NCBI GenBank assembly: GCA_029250225.1
Contig: JAQWUY010000031.1
Location: 226,948-290,947 of the forward strand
Direction of reading: 5' to 3'
Origin: Alphaproteobacteria bacterium
Lineage (GTDB): Bacteria > Pseudomonadota > Alphaproteobacteria > JAQWUY01
DNA: 64,000 nucleotides
Shown here: in pieces, positions 51,105 through 62,544 of the stretch
How the letters are laid out: the number at the start of each line of letters is the position of its first letter
Position numbering within the stretch: position 1 is the first letter of the stretch
Translations under genes and position numbers: made by a program
Notes under the pieces: generated by a model
What the model saw: the letters and a program-made list of their open reading frames with translations, nothing else
Databases searched by the model: none
What the model was told of the DNA's origin: nothing

Positions 51105-51724
51105 TATTTTAACCTCGCCTCCAATGTTTCAACCGCAGACTTAGATAAAACTAAGGTGTCACGACGCAAAATATCATAAACATTTGCACCTTGTACTGGC
51201 AGTACATCAATCTTAATAATATTTCTTGCTGCTAGTTCAAAGTTTTTGTCAATTTCATTACCACCAACAATCAAAGCAGATGAAAAATTCATTTCTTGTA
51301 ATTGTTTAGATAAATCTTTTGTGTTTGCTTTTTCAGCTTTAACATCATCAACTATTACCAGCTTGCCTTCTGCAAGTTTAGATGACAGTGCTGTTTTTAA
51401 AGCCAAAGCACGAACTTTTTTAGGCAAAGAGTGTTCATACGAGCGAGGCGTAGGACCAAATGCACGACCACCGCCAACAAATATATTTGCTGAACGAGCG
51501 TGGTGTCTAGCGCCACCTGAACCTTTTTGAGCAACACACTTTTTACCTGTTAAAGCAATTTCTGAGCGTCCTTTTACTTTATGAGTACCAGAACGGCGTT
51601 TAGCCAATTGATAATTAACCATTCGTGTTAAAATATCACGACGAATTGGCAATCCGAAAACTGAATCAGCAAGAGTGATATCACCAGCAGATTTATTCTC
51701 AAATGTAATAACTTTAGCTTTCAT
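51104..51724 (-). CDS. rplD: 50S ribosomal protein L4
   Basis: [23 protein letters not shown]. Confidence 0.99.
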   Translation of the reverse strand: MKAKVITFENKSAGDITLADSVFGLPIRRDILTRMVNYQLAKRRSGTHKVKGRSEIALTGKKCVAQKGSGGARHHARSANIFVGGGRAFGPTPRSYEHSLPKKVRALALKTALSSKLAEGKLVIVDDVKAEKANTKDLSKQLQEMNFSSALIVGGNEIDKNFELAARNIIKIDVLPVQGANVYDILRRDTLVLSKSAVETLEARLK

Positions 51725-51729
51725 CGTTA

Positions 51730-52512
51730 TTATTCCTTATTTTCCGAATCAACATTAGCAGAGCTTTCTGTAGATTCTTGTGTTTTAGCTTCAATTTCTT
51801 CAACAGGTTTTTCATCTGATGTATCATTTGAATTTGCTATTTTCAAACCAGCTGGTAACGGAGCACCTTCTGGTATAGCGTTTAATTTAACAGCATCTTT
51901 AATTTGAACCCAAGATGATGCAAAACCTGGCACCGCACCTTTTACAAAAACTAATCCACGCTCTTCATCAATCGATACAACTTCTAGGTTTTGAACCGTA
52001 GTTCTATGAGCACCCATATGACCAGCCATTTTCTTGCCTTTGAATACTTTACCTGGATCTTGACACTGTCCCGTAGAACCGTGTGAACGATGTGAAATAG
52101 ACACACCGTGTGAAGCTCTTAGGCCACCAAAATTATGCCTTTTCATAGCACCGGCAAAACCTTTACCAATACTAATGCCAACAACATCAACTTTTTGTCC
52201 TTTTACAAAATGTGATGAACTTAATTCGTCACCAACACTTAATAAATTTTCTTCTGCAACACGAAATTCAACCAATTTAGATTTTGGCTCAATTTTAGAC
52301 TTAGCAAAAACACCACGCATAGGTGCTGTTGTATGCTTTACCTTTTTATTTCCAGCACCTAACTGAACGGCATTATAACCATCAGTAGCCACTGTTTTTA
52401 TATTTACAACCTGCAAATTATCTATTTGCAATACTGTTACTGGTACATGTTGACCCGTTTCGTTAAATAAACGAGACATTCCCAGTTTTTTAGCAATTAA
52501 ACCTGTACGCAT
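51730..52512 (-). CDS. rplC: 50S ribosomal protein L3
   Basis: [28 protein letters not shown]. Confidence 0.99.
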   Translation of the reverse strand: MRTGLIAKKLGMSRLFNETGQHVPVTVLQIDNLQVVNIKTVATDGYNAVQLGAGNKKVKHTTAPMRGVFAKSKIEPKSKLVEFRVAEENLLSVGDELSSSHFVKGQKVDVVGISIGKGFAGAMKRHNFGGLRASHGVSISHRSHGSTGQCQDPGKVFKGKKMAGHMGAHRTTVQNLEVVSIDEERGLVFVKGAVPGFASSWVQIKDAVKLNAIPEGAPLPAGLKIANSNDTSDEKPVEEIEAKTQESTESSANVDSENKE

Positions 52513-52524
52513 TTTCTTTTATCC

Positions 52525-52833
52525 TTACAGTTTAATCTCAACATCTACACCAGCGGCGAGATCTAATTTCATTAATGCATCAACTGTTTGTGCAGTTGGA
52601 GATACAATATCTAATACACGCTTATGTGTACGCATTTCGAACTGTTCACGAGATTTTTTGTTTACATGAGGTGAACGAAGAACTGTAAAATTCTCAATTC
52701 TAGTTGGTAAAGGAATAGGTCCTAATACCTCTGCACCTGTACGTTTCGCAGTTTCAACAATTTCTTGTGTACTTTGATCCAAAACTCTATGATCAAAAGC
52801 TTTCAGACGAATACGAATGTTTTGATTTTCCAT
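52525..52833 (-). CDS. rpsJ: 30S ribosomal protein S10
   Basis: [30 protein letters not shown]; start set at 52833 after AGGAG. Confidence 0.99.
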   Translation of the reverse strand: MENQNIRIRLKAFDHRVLDQSTQEIVETAKRTGAEVLGPIPLPTRIENFTVLRSPHVNKKSREQFEMRTHKRVLDIVSPTAQTVDALMKLDLAAGVDVEIKL

Positions 52834-52850
52834 TTTTTTATAACTCCTAA

Positions 52851-52879
52851 AGAAGGTGGGGAATAATCCCCAACCTTTC
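52851..52879 (-). terminator. Hairpin between tuf and rpsJ (weak terminator, attenuator or processing site)
   Basis: GAAAGGUUGGGGA/UCCCCACCUUC stem, then UUU, then the rpsJ SD. Confidence 0.55.
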
Positions 52880-52896
52880 AAACAACCTTATCTAAT

Positions 52897-54087
52897 TTAT
52901 TGTGCTAACTTTGTTACTATACCATTACCGACTGTCTTACCACCTTCACGAATTGCAAATCTTTGACCTACAGTAATTGCGATAGGCTTTATCAATTCAA
53001 CATTAAGGGTTACATTGTCCCCTGGCATTACCATTTCAACATCTTTTGGTAGAGAGATTGAACCGGTAACATCAGTTGTATTAAAGTAAAACTGTGGACG
53101 ATAGTTAGAGAAAAACGGTGTATGACGTCCGCCGTCCTCTTTTGTTAGAACATGAATCTCAGCTTCAAAATTGCTAAGTGGTTTAATTGTGCTTGGTTGA
53201 CATAATACCTGACCTCGCTCAACTTCTTCTTTACCAACACCACGTAATAATAAACCTACATTGTCACCAGCTTGTCCACCATCAGGTAATTCTTTCTGGA
53301 ACATCTCAACACCTGTACAAGTAGTTTTCAATGTATCACGAAGACCTACTATTTCAATATCTTCACCTACTTTTACAGTACCAGTGTCAATACGACCAGT
53401 TACTACTGTACCACGACCTGAAATACTAAATACATCTTCAACCGCCATAGAGAAAGGTTTACTAACCTCACGAACAGGCACTTCAATGTATTCATCAACT
53501 GTTTTCATTAGTTCCAATATTTTGTCTTTACCAATTTCTGGATTTTCACCATTTAAAGCTGCAAGAGCAGAACCAGTTATTATAGGTGTATCCGCTGGGA
53601 AATCATTTTTTTCTAATAAATCTTGAATTTCCATTTGAACCAACTCTAATAATTCTGGATCAGCTTGATCAACTTTATTTAAAAACACAACTAGCTTTGG
53701 AACACCTACTTGACGAGCTAATAAGATATGCTCGTGAGTCTGGTGCTTAGGACCGTCAGCTCCACATACAACTAATATAGCTCCGTCCATCTGAGCAGCA
53801 CCGGTAATCATATTCTTTACATAGTCGGCGTGACCTGGACAATCAACGTGAGCATAGTGACGACCATCAGTTTCATACTCAATGTGCGAAGTATTAATTG
53901 TTATACCACGCTCGCGCTCTTCAGGAGCTTTGTCAATATCCTTAAAATCAGTTGCTTTGGTGTTACCACTCTCTTCTGCTAACACCTTAGAGATAGCTGC
54001 AGTTAAAGTAGTTTTACCGTGGTCAACGTGACCAATTGTGCCAATATTTAAATGTGGCTTCGAACGATCTAAAGTTTCTTTACTCAT
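52897..54087 (-). CDS. tuf: Elongation factor Tu (divergent)
   Basis: [33 protein letters not shown]; lies between fusA and rpsJ. Confidence 0.98.
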   Translation of the reverse strand: MSKETLDRSKPHLNIGTIGHVDHGKTTLTAAISKVLAEESGNTKATDFKDIDKAPEERERGITINTSHIEYETDGRHYAHVDCPGHADYVKNMITGAAQMDGAILVVCGADGPKHQTHEHILLARQVGVPKLVVFLNKVDQADPELLELVQMEIQDLLEKNDFPADTPIITGSALAALNGENPEIGKDKILELMKTVDEYIEVPVREVSKPFSMAVEDVFSISGRGTVVTGRIDTGTVKVGEDIEIVGLRDTLKTTCTGVEMFQKELPDGGQAGDNVGLLLRGVGKEEVERGQVLCQPSTIKPLSNFEAEIHVLTKEDGGRHTPFFSNYRPQFYFNTTDVTGSISLPKDVEMVMPGDNVTLNVELIKPIAITVGQRFAIREGGKTVGNGIVTKLAQ

Positions 54088-54142
54088 AATTTTTTTACTC
54101 CTTAATTAAAATTTAATATAACTTAGAACCATACATACACTG

Positions 54143-56218
54143 TTAAGATGCATATTTAGCTTTGACATCATCAACAACATTTTGCGGAACTTGATCATAA
54201 TGATCAAATATCATCGTATACTGCGCACGACCCTGAGATAGAGAGCGCAATGTGTTAACATACCCAAACATCGCAGCAAGAGGCACCATTGCATTAACAA
54301 CACGAGCATTACCACGATTATCCATAGATGAAACTTGTCCGCGACGAGAATTTAAGTCACCGATAATATCACCCATATATTCTTCTGGTGTAACTATTTC
54401 TACTGCCATAACAGGCTCTAATAATTTAGCACCAGCTTGTTCTTGCATTTCACGGAAAGCAGCACGAGCAGCGATTTCAAATGCCATAACAGATGAATCC
54501 ACATCGTGATAGTTACCGTCTCTTAGAACTGCTTTGAAATCAATTACAGGGAAACCTGCAATCGCGCCGTTATCTTTCGCAGAATTTAAACCTTTTTCAA
54601 CACCAGGTATATATTCTTTTGGAACAGAACCACCGACAATTGTTTCTTCAAACACAAAACCTTCACCTGGTTTTAGAGGTTCAAAATCAACAACAATTTT
54701 CGCAAACTGACCAGAACCACCTGATTGTTTTTTGTGAGTATATTCAATAGTAGCTGGCTTAGAGATAGTCTCGCGATAAGCAACCTGAGGTTGGCCAACA
54801 CTACACTCAACATTAAATTCACGACGCATACGATCAACAATAATTTCAAGATGCAATTCACCCATACCACGAATTAAAGTTTGACCTGACTCTTCGTCAG
54901 ACTTAATACGGAAAGATGGATCTTCTGCTGCCAAGCGATTAAGGGCAATACCCATTTTTTCTTGGTCTGCTTTTGTTTTTGGCTCGATAGCAATCTCAAT
55001 TACAGGCTCTGGAAATTCCATTCTTTCCAACACAACTTGTTTAGACATATCACAAAGTGTATCACCAGTAGTTGTAGTTTTAAGCCCTGCAACGGCAACG
55101 ATATCACCAGCTGTTGCAACTTTTATTTCTTCTCGGTCTGCTGCGTGCATAAGCATCATACGACCTATTCGTTCTTTACCACCTTTTACAGAGTTTTGAA
55201 TATAAGAACCAGACTCTAATGTACCAGAATAAACACGAACGAAAGTTAAAGAACCTACAAACGGATCATTCATTATCTTAAATGCCAAAGCAGAAAATGG
55301 TTCAGATGAATCTGGTTTACGAATAACTTCGCCATCGCCATCAACTTCTAAGCCCTTCATCTCGCCAATATCAACAGGAGAAGGAAGGAAATCAACAACT
55401 GCATCTAGTAAAGGCTGAACACCTTTGTTTTTAAATGCTGTACCACATAAAACAGGTACAAAACTACCAGTAAGAACACCCTTACGAATACATTCTTTTA
55501 ATTTATCAATAGATGGCTCAGAACCTTCTAGATAAGCTTCCATAGCTTCATCATCTTGCTCAACAGCCATTTCAATTAGACTAGAACGGTATTCTGCTGC
55601 CTTAGATTTTAAATCATCAGGAATATCAACTATATCAAACTTAGCACCTAATTCTTCACCACCCCAAACGATAGCGTTGTTATTTACCAAATCGACAACA
55701 CCTGCAAAATCAGATTCTGCACCGATAGGTAATTGCATAAACATAGGGTTAGCACCCAAGCGATCAACCATCATGTTAACACAATTGTAAAAATCAGCTC
55801 CCATTCTGTCCATTTTGTTAACAAATGCCATACGAGGAACAGAATACTTATCAGCTTGACGCCATACAGTTTCAGATTGAGGCTCAACACCAGAAACGGC
55901 ATCAAAAACTGCAACTGCACCATCAAGAACTCTTAAAGCTCTTTCAACTTCAATAGTAAAGTCTACGTGACCAGGAGTATCAATGATATTAATTCTATGG
56001 TCATTCCAGAAACAAGTAGTAGCAGCAGATGTAATAGTAATACCTCTTTCTTGCTCTTGCTCCATCCAGTCCATAGTTGCAGCACCATCGTGTACTTCAC
56101 CAATTTTGTACGATTTACCTGTATAATATAGAACTCGCTCAGTTGTTGTAGTCTTACCTGCATCAATGTGAGCCATAATTCCGATATTACGATATTTTTC
56201 AATAGGTGTTTTAGCCAT
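54143..56218 (-). CDS. fusA: Elongation factor G
   Basis: [30 protein letters not shown]. Confidence 0.99.
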   Translation of the reverse strand: MAKTPIEKYRNIGIMAHIDAGKTTTTERVLYYTGKSYKIGEVHDGAATMDWMEQEQERGITITSAATTCFWNDHRINIIDTPGHVDFTIEVERALRVLDGAVAVFDAVSGVEPQSETVWRQADKYSVPRMAFVNKMDRMGADFYNCVNMMVDRLGANPMFMQLPIGAESDFAGVVDLVNNNAIVWGGEELGAKFDIVDIPDDLKSKAAEYRSSLIEMAVEQDDEAMEAYLEGSEPSIDKLKECIRKGVLTGSFVPVLCGTAFKNKGVQPLLDAVVDFLPSPVDIGEMKGLEVDGDGEVIRKPDSSEPFSALAFKIMNDPFVGSLTFVRVYSGTLESGSYIQNSVKGGKERIGRMMLMHAADREEIKVATAGDIVAVAGLKTTTTGDTLCDMSKQVVLERMEFPEPVIEIAIEPKTKADQEKMGIALNRLAAEDPSFRIKSDEESGQTLIRGMGELHLEIIVDRMRREFNVECSVGQPQVAYRETISKPATIEYTHKKQSGGSGQFAKIVVDFEPLKPGEGFVFEETIVGGSVPKEYIPGVEKGLNSAKDNGAIAGFPVIDFKAVLRDGNYHDVDSSVMAFEIAARAAFREMQEQAGAKLLEPVMAVEIVTPEEYMGDIIGDLNSRRGQVSSMDNRGNARVVNAMVPLAAMFGYVNTLRSLSQGRAQYTMIFDHYDQVPQNVVDDVKAKYAS

Positions 56219-56241
56219 CTTTATTATTCCTTATTCAACAA

Positions 56242-56712
56242 TTACCAGCGATAATGAGCAAACGCACGGTTTGCTTCCGCCATTTTATGAGTATCTTCGC
56301 GCTTCTTAACAGAAGCACCACGAGATTCACTAGCATCAATAAGTTCAGATGACAATCTATCAACCATTGTCTTTTCAGATCTCTTACGAGAAGCTTCTAT
56401 CAACCAACGAAAAGCTAATGCTTGAGCTCGCTCAGCACGAACTTCAACAGGAACCTGATAAGTAGCACCACCAACACGACGAGAACGAACCTCTAAATCA
56501 GGTTTGATGTTATTTAATGTATCGCGGAAGAATTCAACCGCTTCTTTACCAGTTTTACCTGCAACAATATCAAAAGCACCGTAAACAATTCGTTCTGCAC
56601 GAGATTTGTTACCTGCAAGCATTACAGCATTAATAAACTTTGAAATTACCAAATCACCGTATTTAGCATCTGGTAAAATTTTTCTTTTTTCTGCTCTATG
56701 TCTTCTAGACAT
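56242..56712 (-). CDS. rpsG: 30S ribosomal protein S7
   Basis: [27 protein letters not shown]. Confidence 0.99.
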   Translation of the reverse strand: MSRRHRAEKRKILPDAKYGDLVISKFINAVMLAGNKSRAERIVYGAFDIVAGKTGKEAVEFFRDTLNNIKPDLEVRSRRVGGATYQVPVEVRAERAQALAFRWLIEASRKRSEKTMVDRLSSELIDASESRGASVKKREDTHKMAEANRAFAHYRW

Positions 56713-56733
56713 TATAAATACCCCTTCTTATCT

Positions 56734-57105
56734 TTACTTAGGTCTTTTAGCACCGTATTTAGAACGGCGTTGACGACGATCAGAAACACCTTGAGTATCC
56801 AAGGCACCACGAACTGTGTGATAGCGAACACCCGGCAAATCCTTTACACGACCACCGCGCACTAACACAACAGAGTGTTCCTGCAAGTTGTGTCCTTCAC
56901 CACCAATATAACTTGTAACTTCATAACCACTCGTCAATCTTACACGAGCAACTTTACGAAGTGCTGAATTAGGTTTTTTTGGAGTTGTTGTATAAACACG
57001 AGTACAAACACCACGACGCTGAGGGCAAGCCTCCAAGTGTGGTACTTTTGTTTTCTTTACTTTATCTTTTCGCCCTTTGCGAACAAGTTGGTTAATAGTC
57101 GGCAT
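56734..57105 (-). CDS. rpsL: 30S ribosomal protein S12
   Basis: [26 protein letters not shown]. Confidence 0.99.
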   Translation of the reverse strand: MPTINQLVRKGRKDKVKKTKVPHLEACPQRRGVCTRVYTTTPKKPNSALRKVARVRLTSGYEVTSYIGGEGHNLQEHSVVLVRGGRVKDLPGVRYHTVRGALDTQGVSDRRQRRSKYGAKRPK

Positions 57106-57351
57106 ATTGTTTCCTTCGCCCGTTTATTAATTCAAATTTTAACTAAACACGCGGAAAAATATTCTGCCGTATTCTAGTACACCATACGTAATACATTATC
57201 GTATTTTTTCGTTGTACTTTCGTCCGATTGGGGAAAAATCCCGCGGTTTTACTATCAAAATAACTATCTTTAAACACAATAATAAAAAATTAATATGTAA
57301 AAAATAAAGTTATTGTTTGGACTAAATACACTTTATATAAATATTTGTCAA
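57106..57351 (-). promoter_or_regulatory. rpsL promoter and structured 5' leader of about 210 nt
   Basis: TTGACA (57351-57346) N17 TATTTA; GC-richer leader with several hairpins. Confidence 0.55.
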
Positions 57352-57391
57352 CACTTATATTGATTTTTATTAAATTAGAATGGGTTGAAAT

Positions 57392-57422
57392 AAAAAAAAA
57401 GGAGGAACAAATCCTCCTTTTT
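57392..57422 (-). terminator. Intrinsic terminator after hupB
   Basis: AAAAAGGAGGA/TCCTCCTTTTT stem with a U-run on the minus strand. Confidence 0.85.
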
Positions 57423-57440
57423 ATAAAACTAAAAATTATA

Positions 57441-57716
57441 TTAGTAATTTACAGCGTCTTTTAAAACTTTACCAGCTTTAAATTTAGGCTGTTTAGAAGC
57501 TTTAATTTGGATAGCTTCACCTGTACGTGGATTACGACCAGTTGTAGCTTTTCTGTCAGCAACAGAAAATGTACCAAAACCAACTAAACGAACATCGCCG
57601 CCAGTTTTTAAAGCTTTTGTAATACTTGCAACAACAGCATCAACCGCCTTGCCAGAGTCTGTTTTAGCCAGACCTGTAGAAGAAGATACAGCTTCAATTA
57701 ATTCATTTTTATTCAT
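57441..57716 (-). CDS. hupB: DNA-binding protein HU
   Basis: MNKNELI, GFGTF, GRNPRTG, PKFKAGK; follows lon. Confidence 0.97.
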   Translation of the reverse strand: MNKNELIEAVSSSTGLAKTDSGKAVDAVVASITKALKTGGDVRLVGFGTFSVADRKATTGRNPRTGEAIQIKASKQPKFKAGKVLKDAVNY

Positions 57717-57933
57717 TTTAATTTCCCTTTACACTAAGTTAAAAAAAAACCTATTCTTACTATATATTTTACAAATTTGTAAGGCTTATAATAAAAATAA
57801 GATTACATTTAATAATACACATAAATAGTGAGATATGTCAACAAATTATTACATAACTAAGTATTATCATATATACGCTTGACCCCTTATAAAGCTATAA
57901 TTTAGCACTAATATCTGAAATAATTGTTAGTTA

Positions 57934-60336
57934 TTATTGGAATGATTTTGAAAGGGCATCACCGGATTCAACAGCGGTAGATTTTGACAAATCTTCTTTT
58001 TCCCACTCAACTGGTTTTATCTTGTTTTTTAGTACAATCTCCAAGACTTCTGACACATCAGAAACAGGTATAATTTCTAGACCTTGTTTTGCATTTTCTG
58101 GTATTTCAGATAGATCTTTTTCGTTTTCTTGTGGAATTATAACAGTTTTAATGCCACTACGGTATGCTGCTAGTAATTTTTCCTTTAATCCGCCTATGGC
58201 TAATACTTTACCTCGTAAAGTAACCTCACCTGTCATTGCCACATCTTTACGAATAGGGTTATCAGTTAAAGCGGAAACAATTGCACTTACCATTGCTATT
58301 CCTGCTGATGGTCCGTCCTTAGGCGTTGCTCCTTCTGGAACATGAATGTGAATGTCGCGTTTTTTGTAAACTCCTGGCAATATACCAAGTTCAGATGCAC
58401 GAGAGCGAATATATGTTTCGGCCGCAGAAATAGATTCCAACATAACATCACCTAATTTACCGGTTCTTTGGATTTTACCAGTTCCTGGGACTAGTGCAGT
58501 TTCAATATGTAATATATCACCACCGACTGAAGTCCAAGCAAGACCATTTACCATACCAATAGCATCTTTATCTTCGGTTTCACCATAAGAAAATTTAGCA
58601 ACACCTGAAAAATCAGCTATATTTTTATTTGATACTGTAATCTTTTTAATATTATCCGTGCTTTCCATAATCTGTCTTAATGATTTACGACATATTTTTT
58701 GAATTTCTTGTTCTAGCTTGCGCACACCTGCTTCACGAGTATAGTTACGAATTAATGATATTAATGCTTCGTCTTTTATTTCTATCTCGCCTTTTTTTAA
58801 ACCATTATCGTTTATAGCTCTTGGAATAAGATGTCTTTTCGATATTTCAAGTTTTTCATCTTCTGTATATCCTGAAAGATTAATAATTTCCATTCTATCT
58901 TTCAACGGTTCTGGCATATTATATGAATTTGCTGTTGTAATAAATATTACATTAGACAAATCGTAATCGACTTCTAGGTAATGATCAACAAAGTTTTTGT
59001 TTTGTGATGGATCAAGAACTTCAAGTAATGCAGAAGACGGATCACCCCTATGATCAGAACCCATTTTATCAATCTCATCAAGTAAGAACATAGGGTTTGA
59101 ATAACCTGCTTTTTTCATTCCTTGAATTATTTTACCTGGCATAGCACCGACATATGTACGACGATGTCCGCGAATTTCGGCTTCATCTCTTACTCCACCT
59201 AAGCTTATTCTTACAAATTTACGACCGCAAGCCTTGGCTATACTTTCACCTAATGAGGTTTTACCAACACCTGGTGGACCAACTAAACAAAGAATAGGCC
59301 CTTTTACCTTTTTAGTACGAATACTAACAGCAAGATAATCAAGAATTCGTTCTTTTACCTTTTCTAATCCATAGTGTTCACTATCAAGAATTTCCTGAGC
59401 TTTTTTCAAATCAATATTAATTCTAGTTTGTTTTTTCCAAGGAACATCAATTAACCAGTCGATAAAGTTTCTAACAACTGATGATTCAGATGATATAGGA
59501 GGCATAGATTTTAATTTCTTTAGCTCGGTTTCTACTTTATCTTTTGCTTCTTTACTTATACGAATATTTGATATCTTTTCTCTGTATTCGTCAATTTCAC
59601 TTGATAAGTCATCGCCCAGCTCTTTATTAATTGCTTTTATTTGTTCATTTAAATAATATTCTCGTTGGTTTTTATCCATTTGAGTCTTAACTCTTTCACG
59701 GATTTTCCTTTCAGTTAAAATAGTATCTATTTCAGATTGAATATTTGCGAACAATATTTCTAGGCGAGTAGAAAGATTTTTCTCTTCTAGTAATTCTTGT
59801 TTTTTTTCTATATCTATATTAATGTTTTGCACTAGAAATTCTAATAATTCTAGTCCGCCATTGATAACATTTAATTGATTTAAAATATCAGTTGTAATAG
59901 ATGTATTATATTTGGCATATTCTTTAAATTTTTCAATTAATGCAGAAACCAATAAATTGACATCAGATTCATCAATTATATCTTCTATATCAATAACAGA
60001 TGAATGGAAAGCGCCAGATAAATCTGATAAACCTTTTGTTTGAACACGGCGGATACCTTCAACTAATACTTTTACAGTACCATCAGGTAATTTCAATAAT
60101 TGTTTTACTTCTGCAACAACACCGATATGGTATAAATCATCTGCATTGGGAGTTTCAATTTCAGCATTTTTTTGTGTTAATAATAAAACTCTTTGGTTTT
60201 CTTCCATAACACTTTCAAGTGCATTGATTGATTTTTCTCGCCCAACAAAGAAAGACACGACCATACCTGGAAATACCACTATGTCTCTTAAAGGTATAAC
60301 TGGATAAGAAGATAAGTTTTCTTTCAGCACTTCCAT
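57934..60336 (-). CDS. lon: ATP-dependent protease La
   Basis: PLRDIVVFP, GPPGVGKTS, PKDGPSAG, IGGLKEK. Confidence 0.99.
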   Translation of the reverse strand: MEVLKENLSSYPVIPLRDIVVFPGMVVSFFVGREKSINALESVMEENQRVLLLTQKNAEIETPNADDLYHIGVVAEVKQLLKLPDGTVKVLVEGIRRVQTKGLSDLSGAFHSSVIDIEDIIDESDVNLLVSALIEKFKEYAKYNTSITTDILNQLNVINGGLELLEFLVQNINIDIEKKQELLEEKNLSTRLEILFANIQSEIDTILTERKIRERVKTQMDKNQREYYLNEQIKAINKELGDDLSSEIDEYREKISNIRISKEAKDKVETELKKLKSMPPISSESSVVRNFIDWLIDVPWKKQTRINIDLKKAQEILDSEHYGLEKVKERILDYLAVSIRTKKVKGPILCLVGPPGVGKTSLGESIAKACGRKFVRISLGGVRDEAEIRGHRRTYVGAMPGKIIQGMKKAGYSNPMFLLDEIDKMGSDHRGDPSSALLEVLDPSQNKNFVDHYLEVDYDLSNVIFITTANSYNMPEPLKDRMEIINLSGYTEDEKLEISKRHLIPRAINDNGLKKGEIEIKDEALISLIRNYTREAGVRKLEQEIQKICRKSLRQIMESTDNIKKITVSNKNIADFSGVAKFSYGETEDKDAIGMVNGLAWTSVGGDILHIETALVPGTGKIQRTGKLGDVMLESISAAETYIRSRASELGILPGVYKKRDIHIHVPEGATPKDGPSAGIAMVSAIVSALTDNPIRKDVAMTGEVTLRGKVLAIGGLKEKLLAAYRSGIKTVIIPQENEKDLSEIPENAKQGLEIIPVSDVSEVLEIVLKNKIKPVEWEKEDLSKSTAVESGDALSKSFQ

Positions 60337-60366
60337 ACTTTTTTCCTCTATTAAATTATTAAGCTA

Positions 60367-61692
60367 TTAAGCTGTTTTTGTTTTACTGTTTTTTAATGAT
60401 TTTTTATCTTCACTATTAGATTTAGATTTAGATTTAGATTTTTTTCCATCACTATGAATATAGATAGGATTGTTATTACCATTAACAACATCGCCATCAA
60501 TGACAACTCTTTCCACCCCTTCTTCGTCAGGTAGTTCGTACATTGTTTCAAGTAATATTTTTTCAAGGATAGAACGAAGACCTCTTGCACCAGTTTTTCG
60601 CTTAATTGCTTTTTTAGCAACTTCTGCTAGTGCTTGCTCTTTAAATTCTAGTTCGACTTCTTCCATTTTGAATAATTTTGTGAATTGTTTAACAAGTGAA
60701 TTTTTAGGTTCTGTAAGAATTCTAACCAAAGCATCAATATCTAAGTCTTGTAAAGTTGCAATCATTGGCAAACGACCTACAAATTCTGGAATTAAACCGT
60801 AGTTTACTAAATCCTCTGGTTCAATATCTTGGATTATTTCACCTACTTCTCGTTTATCTTTGCCGTATACATCAGCACTAAAACCTATAGAGCTTTCCTT
60901 ACCGCGTTTTGATATTATTCTATCAACGCCGGCAAATGCACCACCGCAAATAAATAAGATATTAGTAGTATCGACATTCAAAAATTCTTGTTGAGGGTGT
61001 TTGCGTCCACCTTGTGGTGGAACAGATGCAACTGTGCCTTCCATTAATTTTAAAAGAGCCTGTTGCACACCTTCACCTGAGACATCGCGAGTAATAGATG
61101 GGTTTTCGCTTTTACGAGTAATTTTATCGATTTCATCAATATAAATTATACCTCTTTGAGCTTTTTCAACATCATAGTCACAATTTTGAAGTAATTTTAA
61201 AACTACATTTTCTACATCTTCACCAACATAACCAGCTTCTGTAAGGGTAGTCGCATCAGCAATACAGAAAGGAACATCAAGTATTCGTGCTAGTGTTTGA
61301 GCAAGTAATGTCTTGCCACAACCAGTAGGCCCAAGCATTAATATGTTTGATTTCGATAATTCAACATCATCTTCTTTTTGGTCGGATATCAATCTTTTAT
61401 AATGATTATGAACGGCAACAGAAAGAACTTTCTTGGCATTTGACTGTCCAATTACATAATCATCTAATATTTTACAAATAGTGCTAGGAGAAGGTATTTC
61501 ATTGCCAAAAGAATCAATTAATTTTTCTTCACCTTTTAAATCAGAAATTATTTCGACACATAGTTCAACACATTCATCACATATATGAACACCTTGACCT
61601 GCAATAAGCTTTTTTGCCTCAGCCTTAGTCTTACCACAGAAACTACAATGTAGTTTTTGATCGCCATCTGTTGTTGTTTTATCGTCAGACAT
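60367..61692 (-). CDS. clpX: Clp protease ATP-binding subunit ClpX
   Basis: CSFC...CDEC zinc domain, [23 protein letters not shown] loop. Confidence 0.99.
   Translation of the reverse strand: MSDDKTTTDGDQKLHCSFCGKTKAEAKKLIAGQGVHICDECVELCVEIISDLKGEEKLIDSFGNEIPSPSTICKILDDYVIGQSNAKKVLSVAVHNHYKRLISDQKEDDVELSKSNILMLGPTGCGKTLLAQTLARILDVPFCIADATTLTEAGYVGEDVENVVLKLLQNCDYDVEKAQRGIIYIDEIDKITRKSENPSITRDVSGEGVQQALLKLMEGTVASVPPQGGRKHPQQEFLNVDTTNILFICGGAFAGVDRIISKRGKESSIGFSADVYGKDKREVGEIIQDIEPEDLVNYGLIPEFVGRLPMIATLQDLDIDALVRILTEPKNSLVKQFTKLFKMEEVELEFKEQALAEVAKKAIKRKTGARGLRSILEKILLETMYELPDEEGVERVVIDGDVVNGNNNPIYIHSDGKKSKSKSKSNSEDKKSLKNSKTKTA
60416..60439. repeat. (TTAGAT)4 in-frame microsatellite in the clpX tail
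   Basis: Four exact hexamer copies encoding KSKSKSKS. Confidence 0.8.
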
Positions 61693-61700
61693 AATAACCT

Positions 61701-62330
61701 CTATTCTTTAATCTTTATATCATTACGGCTAGATACTATATTATCAATTAAGCCAAAGGATTTAGCTTCCTTAGGCGACATAAAATTATCTCGATCCATA
61801 GCTTTTTCAATTTCAGAAAGGCTTTTTCCTGTGTGAGTTTCATAAGCTTTATTAAGCATTTTTTTCAATCTTAATATTTCTTGTGCTTGAATTTCAATAT
61901 CAGAAGCTTGCCCTTGCGCCCCACCACTAGGTTGGTGGATCATAATACGAGAATTAGGTAATGAGTATCTTTTGCCTTTAGTACCAGCCATTAATAAGAA
62001 CGACCCCATTGATGCAGCTTGCCCTAGACAAATAGTTGAAATATCATTTTTAATGTATTGCATTGTGTCATATATTGATAAACCAGAAGTAACAACTCCA
62101 CCAGGAGAATTTATATAAAAACAAATATCTTTTTCTGGATCTTCAGCTTCTAGGAATAATAATTGAGCACAAATTAAACTAGCGGTTTGGTCATTAACTC
62201 CACCAGTTAAAAATATAATGCGTTCTTTTAATAAACGGGAATAAATATCAAATGAGCGTTCCCCTCGAGTTGTTTGTTCAATTACCATTGGAACTAAGGT
62301 GTTGTTATAAACATCTAAATAATCGTTCAT
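61701..62330 (-). CDS. clpP: Clp protease proteolytic subunit
   Basis: [34 protein letters not shown]; start set at 62330. Confidence 0.99.
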   Translation of the reverse strand: MNDYLDVYNNTLVPMVIEQTTRGERSFDIYSRLLKERIIFLTGGVNDQTASLICAQLLFLEAEDPEKDICFYINSPGGVVTSGLSIYDTMQYIKNDISTICLGQAASMGSFLLMAGTKGKRYSLPNSRIMIHQPSGGAQGQASDIEIQAQEILRLKKMLNKAYETHTGKSLSEIEKAMDRDNFMSPKEAKSFGLIDNIVSSRNDIKIKE

Positions 62331-62420
62331 CGTTATTCCTATCACTTTATATTTTTTTTATCACACATAATTAATATTATACTATCTCAAATACATATAA
62401 ATATGCAAGCTTACTTTTTA

Positions 62421-62448
62421 AAATAGGTTCTTTTTCTTATTTTTCAAG
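62421..62448 (-). promoter_or_regulatory. Putative RpoH (sigma32) promoter for clpP-clpX-lon
   Basis: CTTGAA-N15-CCTATTT, close to the alphaproteobacterial RpoH consensus CTTGAA-N15/16-CCTATAT. Confidence 0.6.
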
Positions 62449-62476
62449 GCTTTAACTTATATTTATTTTATATAAA

Positions 62477-62517
62477 TAAAAAAGAGAGTGTAAAAAATAA
62501 AATATACACTCTCTTTT
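62477..62517 (-). terminator. Intrinsic terminator after tig
   Basis: AAAAGAGAGTGTA/TACACTCTCTTTT arms. Confidence 0.8.
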
Positions 62518-62544
62518 AAATTAAAATATTTTAAATTAATTATT

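Noticed and set aside
57200-57260. GGACGAAAG in the rpsL leader resembling a hammerhead ribozyme core
   Set aside because: There is no CUGANGA element and the required stems are absent.
57879-57901. Plus-strand TTGACC...TATAAT promoter between hupB and lon
   Set aside because: The spacer is only 11 bp and no plus-strand gene lies downstream.
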